64,000 nucleotides of DNA. It comes from Camelus ferus. Lineage: Eukaryota. Of the stretch, positions 23,961-35,871 are shown piece after piece. The notes beneath the pieces were generated by a model. That model was not told the DNA's origin. It did not search any database and was given only the letters and a program-made list of their open reading frames with translations. Numbering within the stretch: the first letter of the stretch is position 1; every line of letters starts with the position of its first letter. Location of the stretch: positions 5,892,001 through 5,956,000 of the forward strand of contig NC_045697.1 of the NCBI RefSeq assembly GCF_009834535.1. The letters run 5' to 3'. A program made the position numbers and the translations under genes.

Positions 23961-26900
23961 GGCATTCTTCTGTCAGGAATTCTCCCTCCCTCCATCCATC
24001 CCTGCTGCCTTCCTCCCTTCCTCCCTCTCTCCTTTCCCTGTGGATTCAGTTAGAAGCCATGAGCAACAGAGCAACATTTACTCATCTGTGTATTAGTCAT
24101 GCTAACAAATGTTAGGCTAGGCTGCTGAGAGAAACATCCCCACGTCTCCGTGACCCAGAGAAAGAGACACACGTCTCACTCACAGATACCCTGATGCAGG
24201 GCCATGAATCCAGGCAGATTCCATCTTTGCAGCCCTGCCGTCTGTGTAGTAGGTCATCGCTGAAGAGATGAGAGGGCCAGTGACTCATACCACTGACTAA
24301 GGTGCTTCCGACAAGGAAATCTGCATAACTTCTGCTCGAATTTCCATTTGCCAGGAGCGCAGGGGAGCCTGGGCAGCCTCGGAACACAGGGATAGTCCGT
24401 GTGCCCTCATCCCTCCACCGCTGCACGTTCCTTCATGCAATGAATAGCAGCTCGGTTCCTGGCGGCCAGGCTACCCCGAGGGTGAGCTGCCCTCCCTGCG
24501 AGTGGTCTATAGCAGGAGGAGAAAGGCAAGGAAACAGTAAGTCCATGTGACGGTGGACTGTGAGCTGTAACAGGGGAGGTGCTGGGCCTGCACAAGCCCA
24601 GACACTGAGTGATTACTGCCCTGAGTCCTGAGGAAGACCCACCGAGGCCATCCATGGGTGCTGGGTTAGAAAGGCGAACGGGCTTTGCCTCCACCCAGAA
24701 AAGAGTGGGAAGAACATCTCAGGCAGAGGGAGAGCGAGGTCAAGGCCAGAAGACCCGAAAGCACGAGGCATGCTGTGAGAAGAGGGACCCGCTTGGGGAG
24801 GGTCGAAGGTAGGGTCTGCTGGGGAAGGTCTTGGGAGACAAGAGACGAGGCTGGTAACCAGGTGCATAAACACGTTCATGAGTGGCGACCAGATTGTGAA
24901 GGGCCGTGCTAAGAAGTTTGGAATGAACAGATTAATTTTCATTAGTTGGGTTAATACTTAATAATGTGGGTCTTGAGGAATCATGGGATGTGTTCAAGCT
25001 GATGAAAGGCATCGCGTCTGTGCTTTAGGAGAACCATCTTGGTGGTAGCACATTGGGTGGAGGGGAGAGAAGACACCAAGATGCAGGGACCTGTTGGGAG
25101 GCTCTGGCAATTATGGAGGCACAAAGCGCTGAGGACCTGAGTTGGGGGAGGCAGAAGGGATGGACAGAAGGGGTTGGCTCTTAGAGCTATTCTGGAACAA
25201 TGCAACATAATGGCTTCCACTTATTGTAGGTTGTGAGGATGATACTATTTGCTCACAAATTTTCCTGGCTTCCCCCCCTTGCAGTGGCTTCCTTGTGGAC
25301 AGGGCATAATTCTTGCTTACACACAAGACCTGCTTTGGTGACGAGTGTGTGAACTGAGTTACCACGTGCTCCATCCAACAAGAGGCTCCAAGTATGTGCA
25401 TGGTTGGGGCAGCCTCATTGGCTCCCACCCTGCATCCCTAGGAGAGCAAGACTGGGAATGAGAGACTTGGAGGAGCAAACTGAACTTGACCCACAGTGTG
25501 GGGCCAAGCTTCCCCAGCTTGATCACAGACCATTAGTAAGAAACAAATGTTTATTGTTTCAAGAGCTCCTGGGGCTGTTTGTTACACAGCATTATGGTAA
25601 CAAAACCTGACTAATAGAGACTTACCATGTCCCAACTATGGCATGTCATTTATTCATAATATCTCTGCATAGTAAGTATTACTGTTACCATTTTAAAGAT
25701 GAGGAAATTGAGGCTTAGAGAGGTTAAGTAACTTGCTCAAGGTTCCAGAGCTAGCAAGCCAGAGAAGAGGGATTTGAACACAGGACTGTGTGACTTGCTA
25801 GCCCATCCTCCTTCCTCTACCTACACTATTGTGCTAATTTTTGCGATAGCTGTATTTTTACCTGCCAGGAATGCCTGTTTTCAGCTTCCTGTGTTTCTGA
25901 GTGGGGGAGGGGATGGGGGTCCGGGAACCAGCCTTTAGGTTTGAAGAAGCCTCAAGGCCACGATCCATGGATGTGTGCTTGAACTGGCTTCTCCAGCCAC
26001 AGGGGTGGATACTGACAGGTCATCTCCAACTTTCTGCCTGGGCTCCACTGAGCCAAGCCAAGTATGTTGGCAGGGCTGGTGCCTGGGTGTATTCTGTAGC
26101 CAGGGACTATGCCTGTCTTGGTGTAAAAAGAGTTGACTCTCTTGATACCAGCACTGACTGCAGCAGCAAAAATCCTACCTGTTTTCCCATTGATTTAGCC
26201 ATTTGTCTCAGTAAAGCAAATCCAATTTAAACATATCTTCAGAAAAAAGAAGGATCAAATGAGTTTAAATAGAAGCCTATTTGCTGACCAGATTAGGAAA
26301 ATCCCCTTTGTGTTAAAATGGTCTAAGAAAACCTCTAGGTACAATTTTGCAGGAGCCAAATGTGTGAGAGGATCTCTTCCTCTCAGACATCCTCTGAGGG
26401 CGGGGTTCTGGCTGGGTTAAAAAAAGAGAGGAGGATTTATCAGCTGCCTGGTTGGTTAGAGTGTGTGCTGACCAGGTTGGGTTCTGAGGCTAACCCCAGA
26501 GACTCCACCATTTTCAGTTGTTAACTCTGCCCAGCTCCTTTGAAAATGTGGGAAAGAGCTTGGGTGAGAGAGGGCAGCCATCACTTATGCAAAACCATCA
26601 TCCCCACCAAGCTACTCCCTGCGAAGACGGGCGGGACACGTGACACCGTAACCTTGCAGCACATTCATTTCCTTTGCTTGCATACGGTCTTACTGATAGA
26701 GAGGAAACTCTCAGTTTCCAGAAGTGATAAGAAACCTGGTCTTCTGGATTACAGAGGGAAAAGTCCTCGAGTTCCAAAATCGATCCTTTCATGCACAAGG
26801 CTTCATGCCTCTGAGCCTTTGCATGTGCTATTCCCTCTGCTAGGAATGCCCCTCCCAGCCCAGAGTGCTGGCGGATTCCATCTCACCCTCCAGCTGGAGC

Positions 26901-29900
26901 CGCCTCTCTTCTGTGCAGCCTGTCCCAGTGCTGCCCACCCAAACGGGCATCCCCTTGTCCATCAGGCCCCCTCTGAGTCTGGTTCATTATTTGCTCTAAG
27001 CAAGGCTTTTTCAGTTGCAGGTGACAATGGAAACTCAGCTCAGTCATGTGTTAGCAAAAAGCTTGTAACTGCAAAGACCAGGGTATGACTGAATCTAGAG
27101 GCTCATAGATGTCATTCTTTCTCACACTCTCTCTCTCCTCTTCCTTTTCTTCTTCACCCTCTCTTCCTCCTCCTCCTCCCTCTTTGGGAACATGAGTCCC
27201 AGGAGGACAGGAGTGTATGTTTGATTCTCCTTGTAATCCCCAGCTTAGGACAGAGCCTGGGATCTAGCTGCAGCTCAGCCCCCAGCTCAGACATCAATTT
27301 TGTGCTAAGAAGAAAAAGATTCCCTTTTCTCACTATGATTTACTGCCTTTTGTGGAAGTTTTTAATAATCATGATACAAACCTACACTGGCTCTGACTTG
27401 TATACCCTGTACCATCTCCTCTCCATCTCCCACATAGTAGGTCCTTAATAAATGCTTGCTGGATGAGTGAATAGATGGGATTCAGGGAGTTGGAACTAAC
27501 TGAAAACGAATGCAAAATTGTGAGGTGAACCTGTGTGTACCTTTGTTGGTTGAATTGTCTGTCCATTGGTGTCACAGAGTTGGGCACAGAGCCCCCCTTT
27601 TATTATTCCTCCACCAACAAAAGTTTGTCAAGCACCCACTCATTGTGTTGGTTGGGGAATTCAGACATGAACAAGATACAATTCCTTGATTTAAGAAGTT
27701 CGAAGGCTAGAGAGCCAGAAGCCATGTAAATGAATGGTGACAACGCTGTGTCACAATTGCTGAACGTTATGGGATATGAGCCAACCCAGGGCTCTACGAG
27801 AACTCAGGACATCCACTCAGTCCAGAAGAGCCAGGAAGGCTTCCTGGAGAGGCGCAGTTTAAGTCAGACCTAAAAGGAGGGAAAGGCACTGACATCGTTG
27901 AGTGCCCCACGCAACGCATAAAGCCGTGTTCAGTGTGGTCCAGTCTCCAAGCAGTGTCGTATTCAAAAAGATAATTTCCAAATGCAAATTGCTTTCTTGC
28001 ATTTTTAAAGTTCTGCGAACGCAACAGTTAACCCTTCTCTAAAATTCCCTTTTCTCTTCCTTATTCACTTTCCTGCAGGCTTCCCAATTCACTCACCTCT
28101 CTTACATCAAACTTTCCTGGGAAATCCCACACTGAACTTTTTTAGTCCCTCTCCCCATCTTTCTCCTTCTGCTCTTTATTATGATGACAAATAAAGTCTC
28201 TTCCTTTGGGGACCTTTTCTTTCTCCTCTAGCCTCTCAGGTGCAATAACGCACCCACTTTCTGACTCTTCTTCAAAAAAGTCAGGGCAGAAGCCTCTGTG
28301 GAGAGCAGCCCGGGGCAAGGAACTGCACTGGTACAGCTGGAGGAAGAGGGAGGTTCAGAACCTCTTCTACAGGAATTATTTTGGTATCATCACATTTATC
28401 TTTCAAACTACTATTATTAACCCATTTTGAAGATGAGGAAACTGAGGCTCAGAGAGATCAAATAACTTGCCCAAGATCTCACAGCTAGTAAATGCCTACT
28501 TCTGCCTGCCATGCCTTTCCTTCTCTTATTGTCCCCTTTGCCTACTTGACCGTGACTTCAACTCAGAGAGAGACTTCCCCAGGGAAGCCTTCTCTTGACA
28601 TTTTGTTTTGGTCAAACCAACCTATTGTACACCTTCATAAGGCTGCAGTGCTTTTCCTTCATAGTACTTGTCACAGTTGTAATTGTCCATTTCTGTGGAT
28701 GATTCTTGGGTTAAAGCCCATCTCCAATGCTAGACTATAACCTTACAGAGGGAAAGGGCAATATATATATATATTATACCCTGTATTCCCAGTGAATAAA
28801 ACAGAATCTGGGACATAATAGATGCTCAATAAATATTTGTCAAAGAAATGAATAAGGAACTGGAATTCAAACCCTTGTCTCTAAAACCCAAGTTCTTTTC
28901 TAAAATCAGTGTTTGTGTTCTCCAGGAGAACAAGATGGGGTGGAGGTCATTTCAGTGTGAGGAATTACTATATGACTCATTAGGGAAGTGAAAATTTGTG
29001 GGGGGGTGTGTGTTGGTAGTGGTTTGAATACAGGCTGCATGTGGAGGGGGGCAAGATGATTAGAAAAGGACCTCACTTGCCTAAGGAGCAAGGATCACAG
29101 GGAGCCACTGGGGGGTTTTCATCTGGGGAGCGGCATGATCATAGTTATATTCGAGAAAGCTCACTCTGCCTGCCACTGAGTGTCGGGTGGACAAAAACTG
29201 GACTCTAGGATAGTGTCACTATAAAGCCAGCTGGAGAAGAAACAGTCCTGGACAGGGTCTTCAGTGGGGAGAGGAGCGGTCCAGCTCCCAGGAGACAGGG
29301 GAGACAGGCATTAAGTGTGGCTCTCCAGTTTTAGGCATAGACACCTGGACAGATGGTTTTGCTGTCTCTGGATTTCATAGGCACTGAATGGCGAGGAGCT
29401 TTGAGGGGGAAGAGGCTGTATAAGGCTAAGCGGGCTGGATCTGAGAAGCTGGGACACTTGTCGTTGTTGGACCAAGATGCAGGTGGGGCCCAGGGAGAAT
29501 GGGGCAGGTGGGTCTGAGTGGAGAGGCTACTAGGGAGGGGATGAGAGAGTCCAATCCTTGTTTCTAGACCTCAATGAAGGAGAGTATGTGGGTCGGCGGG
29601 TCTTAGGTGAGACTGGGCAGCTCGCTGCTGCCTCATCCGTTTCTCTCCCCAGCTGCCTTCAGCTGAGCTGGACACTAGCAGAGGGACTTGGCGGCTCACA
29701 AATGGAGCTTGTCAGCTGGGAGGGAGGTAAGATCCAGGAACACTGCTCGCTCTCTCCAGTGTTTCCCCAGCATCCTTTTAAAAAAAAAATCTGGGCTCTG
29801 GGCCACTTATTCAAGCCTCAGGTTCCTTTTCTGTTCAGCATGAGTTATTAATCCATCCCTCTCAAGGTTAAAAAAGAGAAGGGCTGAAAGTGCCCTGCAG

Positions 29901-30439
29901 GGAGGAGGTTCTCACTGGCTGGAGGCTCCCTTCCTCCCCTTTGCCTGCTGGCTTCACCCCGAATTATTTCCCAAAGGGAAAATCACACAAGAATTGGCAG
30001 GTGGTGGCGGGGAAAGGGCTCTTTCAGAGGTCAGGTTAAGTCTGAATCTTAGGATAGATGTTCAAGGAAGTCTGGAAGAAGATGTTCCCAGGAGACACCT
30101 CCTCCTGGCTCCGCTGAACCCTTACACCATCAGGAAGGACAGGAATCCTTACCCCATTTTGTGGATGAGGAAATCAAGGCCCAGCGAAGTTAAGGAGGAC
30201 ACTCAAGGTCACAGAGCCAGGAATCATGTCCCGAGTGGGATTTAGGTCTATGAGAAATCCAAGGCCACACTCTTTACCCTACAAAGGCTCTTTCCCAGTC
30301 TAGAAGCCAGTGATTTCCCCCATCCCTACCTCACCTCCCTGTTCCCCAAACGTGGCCAGGGCCAGAGCACCAGGGCTGGGCCAGGCACGTTTTAAGACTT
30401 CCTGGGGCGAGGGTCTGGGTCTTCACAGGACCAGGGTCT

Positions 30440-30693
30440 GGCACTAGAGCGCCTCTCGGACCTGTGGATTTGCCCCCAGACTCCGGAGCTCGGAGCTCGG
30501 GCGCCAGTGCACAGGTGGGGCGGGTGCGCAGGAGACTGGGGAGCGCGGAGGCGCTGGGGGCGGGAGCGCGGGCCCCGGGAGCAGCGAGGGACGGCGGCCG
30601 CGCAGCAGCGCTTGGGGGCCGGCTGTTCCGGGCCCCCGCCCCCTCGGTGGTGGCTCGCTCTTCGCTTCTCCGGCTCCGAAACAGACACAGCCT

Positions 30694-30724
<31 letters not shown>

Positions 30725-32350
30725 TGCCTGGCGCGCTGCCGGCTCCCTGGAACAGCCCCTCGGACACCGGCCACTTCCCGGCACTGGAGGGGCACAACGC
30801 GGCCACCGACCCGGTGGTGCTCCAGGAGGCGAGAGGGGTCCCGGCGCGCTCCGGGGCCCCGGCGCAGCGCACGGTGAGCGCCCCCGGGGCTCGGGGATCC
30901 CTTAGCCGCGGGTCCCGGGGTGCCACCTCCCGGGTGCCGGATGGGGCCGCCCTGGGGGCGCAGGGCAGAAGTTGGGACCGAACGCAGCCTGCCTCTGCCG
31001 CCGAGCCCGACATACTGCCGCCAGGGCGCAACGCCTCCACGTACCGGGCGCGGTCTGGGCAGCAGCAGCTGGCGCAGGGGGGCGCCGTGGGGGGCTCGGA
31101 GGGGGCGGCGCCGCTGGGGCCGGCGCAGGTGGTCACCGCCGGCCTCCTGACCCTGCTCATCGTCTGGACTCTGCTGGGCAATGTGCTGGTGTGCGCGGCC
31201 ATCGTGCGCAGCCGCCACCTGCGCGCCAAGATGACCAACGTCTTCATCGTGTCTCTGGCTGTGTCCGACCTCTTCGTGGCGCTGCTGGTCATGCCCTGGA
31301 AGGCGGTCGCCGAGGTGGCCGGTTACTGGCCCTTTGGGGCCTTCTGCGACGTCTGGGTGGCCTTCGACATCATGTGCTCCACTGCCTCCATCCTGAACCT
31401 GTGCATCATCAGCGTGGACCGCTACTGGGCCATCTCCAGGCCCTTCTGCTACGAGCGCAAGATGACCCAGCTTGTGGCCTTGGTCATGGTCGGCCTGGTG
31501 TGGACCTTGTCCATCCTCATCTCCTTCATCCCAGTCCAGCTCCAGTGGCACAGGGACAAGATGGGCTCCTGGGGTGGGGTGGACCCGCCATCTAACTCCG
31601 CCAACGGGACGCCCTGGGAGGAAGCCGGGGAGCCAGAAGTGAGCGCGGAAAACTGTGACTCCAGCCTGAACCGAACCTACGCGATCTCCTCCTCGCTCAT
31701 CAGCTTCTACATCCCGGTGGCTATTATGATTGTGACCTATACGCGCATCTACCGCATCGCCCAGGTACAAATTCGCAGGATTTCCTCCCTGGAGAGGGCC
31801 GCGGAGCACGCGCAGAGCTGCCGGAGCCGTGAGGCCTGTGCGCCCGACGCCGGCCTGCGGGCGTCCATCAAGAAGGAGACCAAGGTCCTCAAGACCCTGT
31901 CGGTGATCATGGGGGTCTTCGTATGCTGCTGGCTACCCTTCTTCATCCTTAACTGCATGGTCCCCTTCTGCAGCGGACACCCCGAGGGCCCCGGGGCGGG
32001 CTTCCCCTGTGTCAGCGAGACCACCTTCGACGTCTTCGTCTGGTTCGGCTGGGCCAACTCCTCGCTCAACCCCATCATCTATGCCTTCAACGCTGACTTC
32101 CGGCAGGTGTTTGCCCAGCTGCTGGGGTGCAGCCACCTCTGCTCTCGCACCCAGGTGGAGACTGTGATCATCAGCAATGAGCTCATCTCTTACAACCAGG
32201 ACACCGTGTTCCACAAGGAGATCGCAGCCGCCTACATCCATATGATCCCCAACGTCGTGACACCGGATGACGCGGATGTGGACAAGCAGGCAGAGGAGGA
32301 GAGCCCTTTCGATCGTATATCCCATATCTCTCCGAGGTCCCCAGGTGGCG
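30440..32350. promoter_or_regulatory. CpG island covering the DRD5 promoter/5' UTR and most of the CDS
   Basis: Very high GC and CpG density, with GC boxes (GGGGCGGG at ~30517 and ~30557, CCCCGCCCC at ~30634) and no obvious TATA box. Confidence 0.9.
30694..30723 (+). repeat. (CCG)10 trinucleotide repeat upstream of the DRD5 CDS
   Basis: Ten uninterrupted CCG units read directly from the sequence. Confidence 0.95.
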
Positions 32351-32442
32351 ACCCTGCTGCCCAGTCTGTCTGGGAGCTGGACTGCGAGGGGGAGACTTCA
32401 CTAGGCAAGATAACGCCTTTCCCCCCAAATGGATTCCATTAA
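31012..32442 (+). CDS. DRD5: D(1B)/D5 dopamine receptor, single coding exon, 476 codons + TAA; the orthologous initiator codon reads ATA
   Basis: 7TM class A GPCR with GN (TM1), [19 protein letters not shown] (Asp3.32), DRY, TM5 [16 protein letters not shown] and NPIIY. The C-terminus [19 protein letters not shown] is D5-specific. The N-terminus (I)LPPGRN..Y...QQLAQG.AVGGS aligns to DRD5 MLPPG-. There is no frameshift or internal stop. Confidence 0.97.
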   Translation: MLPPGRNASTYRARSGQQQLAQGGAVGGSEGAAPLGPAQVVTAGLLTLLIVWTLLGNVLVCAAIVRSRHLRAKMTNVFIVSLAVSDLFVALLVMPWKAVAEVAGYWPFGAFCDVWVAFDIMCSTASILNLCIISVDRYWAISRPFCYERKMTQLVALVMVGLVWTLSILISFIPVQLQWHRDKMGSWGGVDPPSNSANGTPWEEAGEPEVSAENCDSSLNRTYAISSSLISFYIPVAIMIVTYTRIYRIAQVQIRRISSLERAAEHAQSCRSREACAPDAGLRASIKKETKVLKTLSVIMGVFVCCWLPFFILNCMVPFCSGHPEGPGAGFPCVSETTFDVFVWFGWANSSLNPIIYAFNADFRQVFAQLLGCSHLCSRTQVETVIISNELISYNQDTVFHKEIAAAYIHMIPNVVTPDDADVDKQAEEESPFDRISHISPRSPGGDPAAQSVWELDCEGETSLGKITPFPPNGFH

Positions 32443-32962
32443 CCTGCATAAGAAACACGCCTCGTGGATCTATATAACCGCGCAGACACTAGCAAGCATG
32501 CGGAACCCACACACGGGCACACACTGACACGTTTCGAGTGCTGCTCAGTCTCTCACGTTTTCTGTGTTGGTGTGGTCGTCCACGTGCTTAGAAACCTCAC
32601 CAGACCGATTTGTTGTTGAAAGACCTGGCAGAAGCAGTTGGAGTAAACTCAGTCAAATATACCTTAGCCTAGCAGAGATGGACCAGTTGTTCTGTTAGAG
32701 AAGATAAGGGGGGGGAAGAAAAAGTGGTACTTAGTCTTTAAAAAATATACTCTCCCCTTCCTTTTTAAACAAAAGGATCATTCAGTGACTTATTTGTGTT
32801 TGGGCTGATTTTTAAACAGTAGGCTTAGTATGTGTGTAGTGCTGATGGGAGTGTATGTGGCTTTCCGGAATCTTGCTTCCTGTGGCCTGTGTTTATGCAG
32901 TTTCTGCTCTCTGTATGTCTTTACTACAGCTGAGGAATTCTTCCTGATTTGTTCTGGTGTCT

Positions 32963-32968
32963 AATAAA
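32963..32968 (+). terminator. Candidate DRD5 polyadenylation signal
   Basis: AATAAA ~520 nt after the stop codon, followed by T/GT-rich sequence (gttatgtgtatt, ttatctttgctttg). Confidence 0.6.
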
Positions 32969-35668
32969 CACGAGTTATGTGTATTACAGGGTGATTATCT
33001 TTGCTTTGCCAGATTGGTTCTCAGGACAGCTCCTGGAGAAGCCATGAGAGCATCTTTAAAAGCAGGGAAGATCTTGGCTGGGTCTGGACGCACACGCTTA
33101 TTTTCTTTACAGACAGTTTGGCCTTAAAGGTACACACAGGGGCAAGAGAACTTGAAGGGCTTCCAATAACTCAGTTTTTTTTTTTTTTTAAATCAGGTGC
33201 ACACATCTCAAGTCTGTGCAGAAATCTGGCTTCAATGCTGCATCATCAAATATGGTCTTCTTAAGCCAGGAATTCCAATATTTATTTTCTCATTGAGAAT
33301 CTTCTTTTTAAAATTACATGACATAAAACAATTCTCCTGATTTCTAGACAGATGCTATCAATTCATTGAAAAGATCGTAAAGAATAATGGCTCGATCTTT
33401 CTCAACCTCAAATCTATGGTGTTTTTAGAGTTATGTGGCTTTTGATCTACCGTGTTTTCTGAAGGGCTTTGAATTGTGTGAGTTGATGTGCTTTAAAAAA
33501 CAAATTTCGTTTTTTAAAATAGGCATTTGTAGACAATAGGAAGTGAGAAATACATTTAAACTAAAACGTAGGAGCCAGAGGTGATCTCTGAATGGACTTG
33601 AAATTGGAAAATCTGTTGGTTGAGGGGCCCAATGAAAAAGCCCAATGAATTCCAATCTTTTTGTTTTTCTGCTCTGTAGTCTGCACAGGGAAAGGGAGTG
33701 CTTAGTTCCACAGCCATTCCAGTCGAGAGCATATTATTGCCATTAGATCCAAACGCAAGCATTGTTAATGGAAGCAAATGAAATGTAAATGTGTAATTTC
33801 TTGCGAGTCTCTCCTTTGAAGCAGGCTTATCAAGGACAGTTCAATCAATTTTGGTCTCTTTAGGGATAATTTTATTGTCAGTCTACTGAACTGGCAGGTC
33901 TTGCTCGCTGCAAAATGTGCAGTGCCTGGCATGTCATGCGTCATCAATAGTTGTTGAATGAATAACTGACTATTTCTGAAGCAGTGAGATTGAAAGCAAA
34001 TCCTACTTGGTGCATTAGTTTTCATCTATGATTTAGTCAAATCGATATTGGAATCTGAGGTCTAGTGTTCAGTTTTTGACCTCTTGTGAGCTGATTGCTC
34101 AGTGGACAATTAGGGAGACATCAGGGGCAGTGAAAAGTACCCTGTTCTAGGAGTCAGGAGATGGCTGTGTGACCTCGAATGGGTCAATAAACCTCTCTGG
34201 GCTTCACTTTCTCTCTGCATCTGTAAATTGAAGGACTTACCCCGAGCACTGTTTTCCAAATTGTATTAGATGATGCAGATGTTAATGGATAAGGTCTAGC
34301 ATGAAAGAAGTTCTGCAGACCAGGTACAGTATCTGTCTTCTACAGAGTTTCTTACAGCTTTTCCTGTGTACTGTGACTCCCCAAGCAGGAGAGAATTCTG
34401 CCTTGTTTTCCAATGCCTTTGACCTTGTGAATCCTTGTTTGGTGCAATTCCTTATTGCTTTATTTCTCTGGAGATCACAGTTTGCAGGGATCACAGTCGG
34501 AGAAACTCTGATCCAAAAATGTCTAAAATGTAGCTCTTCTATTCTAAAGGACAGGTTGTTATAATAAGCCAAATTTTTTTGGTGGCAAACATTGCTCTAG
34601 ACTCTAGTTCAAATAATTTGTGTTAGGGAAAAGGCTTATGTGAGAACGTTGGGAATCCCTTCTGCAAACTATCATTCATCATTCAATATAATTATTTATA
34701 CCTACTGTATGCTAGGCACTCTTCTGGGAATATTGTCACCAATTAAATACGCTGATGTCTGGGAACTTGTATTTCAGTAGGAGAGAGACAGCAGACGAGC
34801 ACACGATACTGTGCTGCACGGGAGTGTCCATGCTCCCCAGACTGTGAGATGTCACGTCAGGCAGCGGTAACTGGTGGGGTGCCAAGTAAACCAGGGTGGA
34901 GTGATGAGGCTGCTGTTTGATTTAGGGTGTTCAAGCGAGAGGCACGAAGAGAGATGCAGATGGAAAAGGGGTGACACCCACGTCCAGGGGAAGACCTGAA
35001 CGGGGACTGCGCGGGGCACGCTGGGTAAAAGGGGGTGGCCAGTGTGGCTGCAGAACTGTGGAGGGTTAATGCCAGCAGCAACGGCAGGCATTCTAGAGAC
35101 TCATCCTGTGCCCGGGCTGCAGGTGCGTGGATTCCTCCGATGCTCGCAACCCTGCGAGGCAGTCACCATTGTTACCAACATTTTACTGAAGGGGAAATGA
35201 AGGCATCAGAAAGCTAAATAACTAGCCCTGGGTCACATGGCTGGTAAGTGGCCAACATGGACTTGAACTGGAGAGCCTGGCCGCACAGTCTTCCTTGACC
35301 CCCTGCAGGGGTGAAAGGGGCTGCCGAGGCCCCCCCATCAGCAAATGCACTGGTGCCTGGCTCAGAACAGTCCTCGCTCATTTGGTAATTACTGGGTTAA
35401 CTGATGCATTCCTGTATCCACGTGTAAGCTGACTTTCATTGTCACCTGCCCTGGGCGTTCCTTTGTGTTTGGAGGGGAGGCAGCAGTGGGAAAAGGAGCA
35501 CATATTTTGGCCAGATGCCCCTTCCTCATTCCGTTGTGTTCTTCACATTAACCTCACGTACTATTAATTTCCATTTTACAGATGAGAACACTGAGACACA
35601 GAAAGGTCAAGATGCTTGTCCAAGGTCATATGACTAGTAAGTTTTGAAACCAGGGTTTTTACATAGGC

Positions 35669-35871
35669 CTGTGGTTCTCAACTGGGGTAATTTTATACCC
35701 CAAAGGACATTTGGCCATGTCTTGGGACATTTTTGGGTTGTCACAACCGAGTTGAGGTACCCCTACCATCTAGAGGGTAGAGGCCAGGGATGCTGCTACA
35801 CCTCCTACAGTGCACAGGATGCCCCACCCCACCCCCCAACAACAGAGAATTATCCGGCCTGAGAGGCCCTG
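35669..35871. mobile_element. MER20 hAT MITE
   Basis: 'tgtggttctcaactgggg', 'ggacatttggccatgtct', 'atctagagggtagaggccagggatgctgcta', 'agagaattatccggcc'. Confidence 0.85.

Noticed and set aside
30814..31011. ORF-track N-terminus making DRD5 542 aa
   Set aside because: The track starts at a GTG; the first 66 residues have no DRD5 homology, so the CDS is called from 31012. The extension is kept only as a hypothesis.
30331..31809. 492-aa minus-strand ORF (also 30444..31292 and 31749..32078)
   Set aside because: Antisense shadows of the GC-rich DRD5 CDS and CpG island; low-complexity R/G/P/A composition and no recognisable domain.
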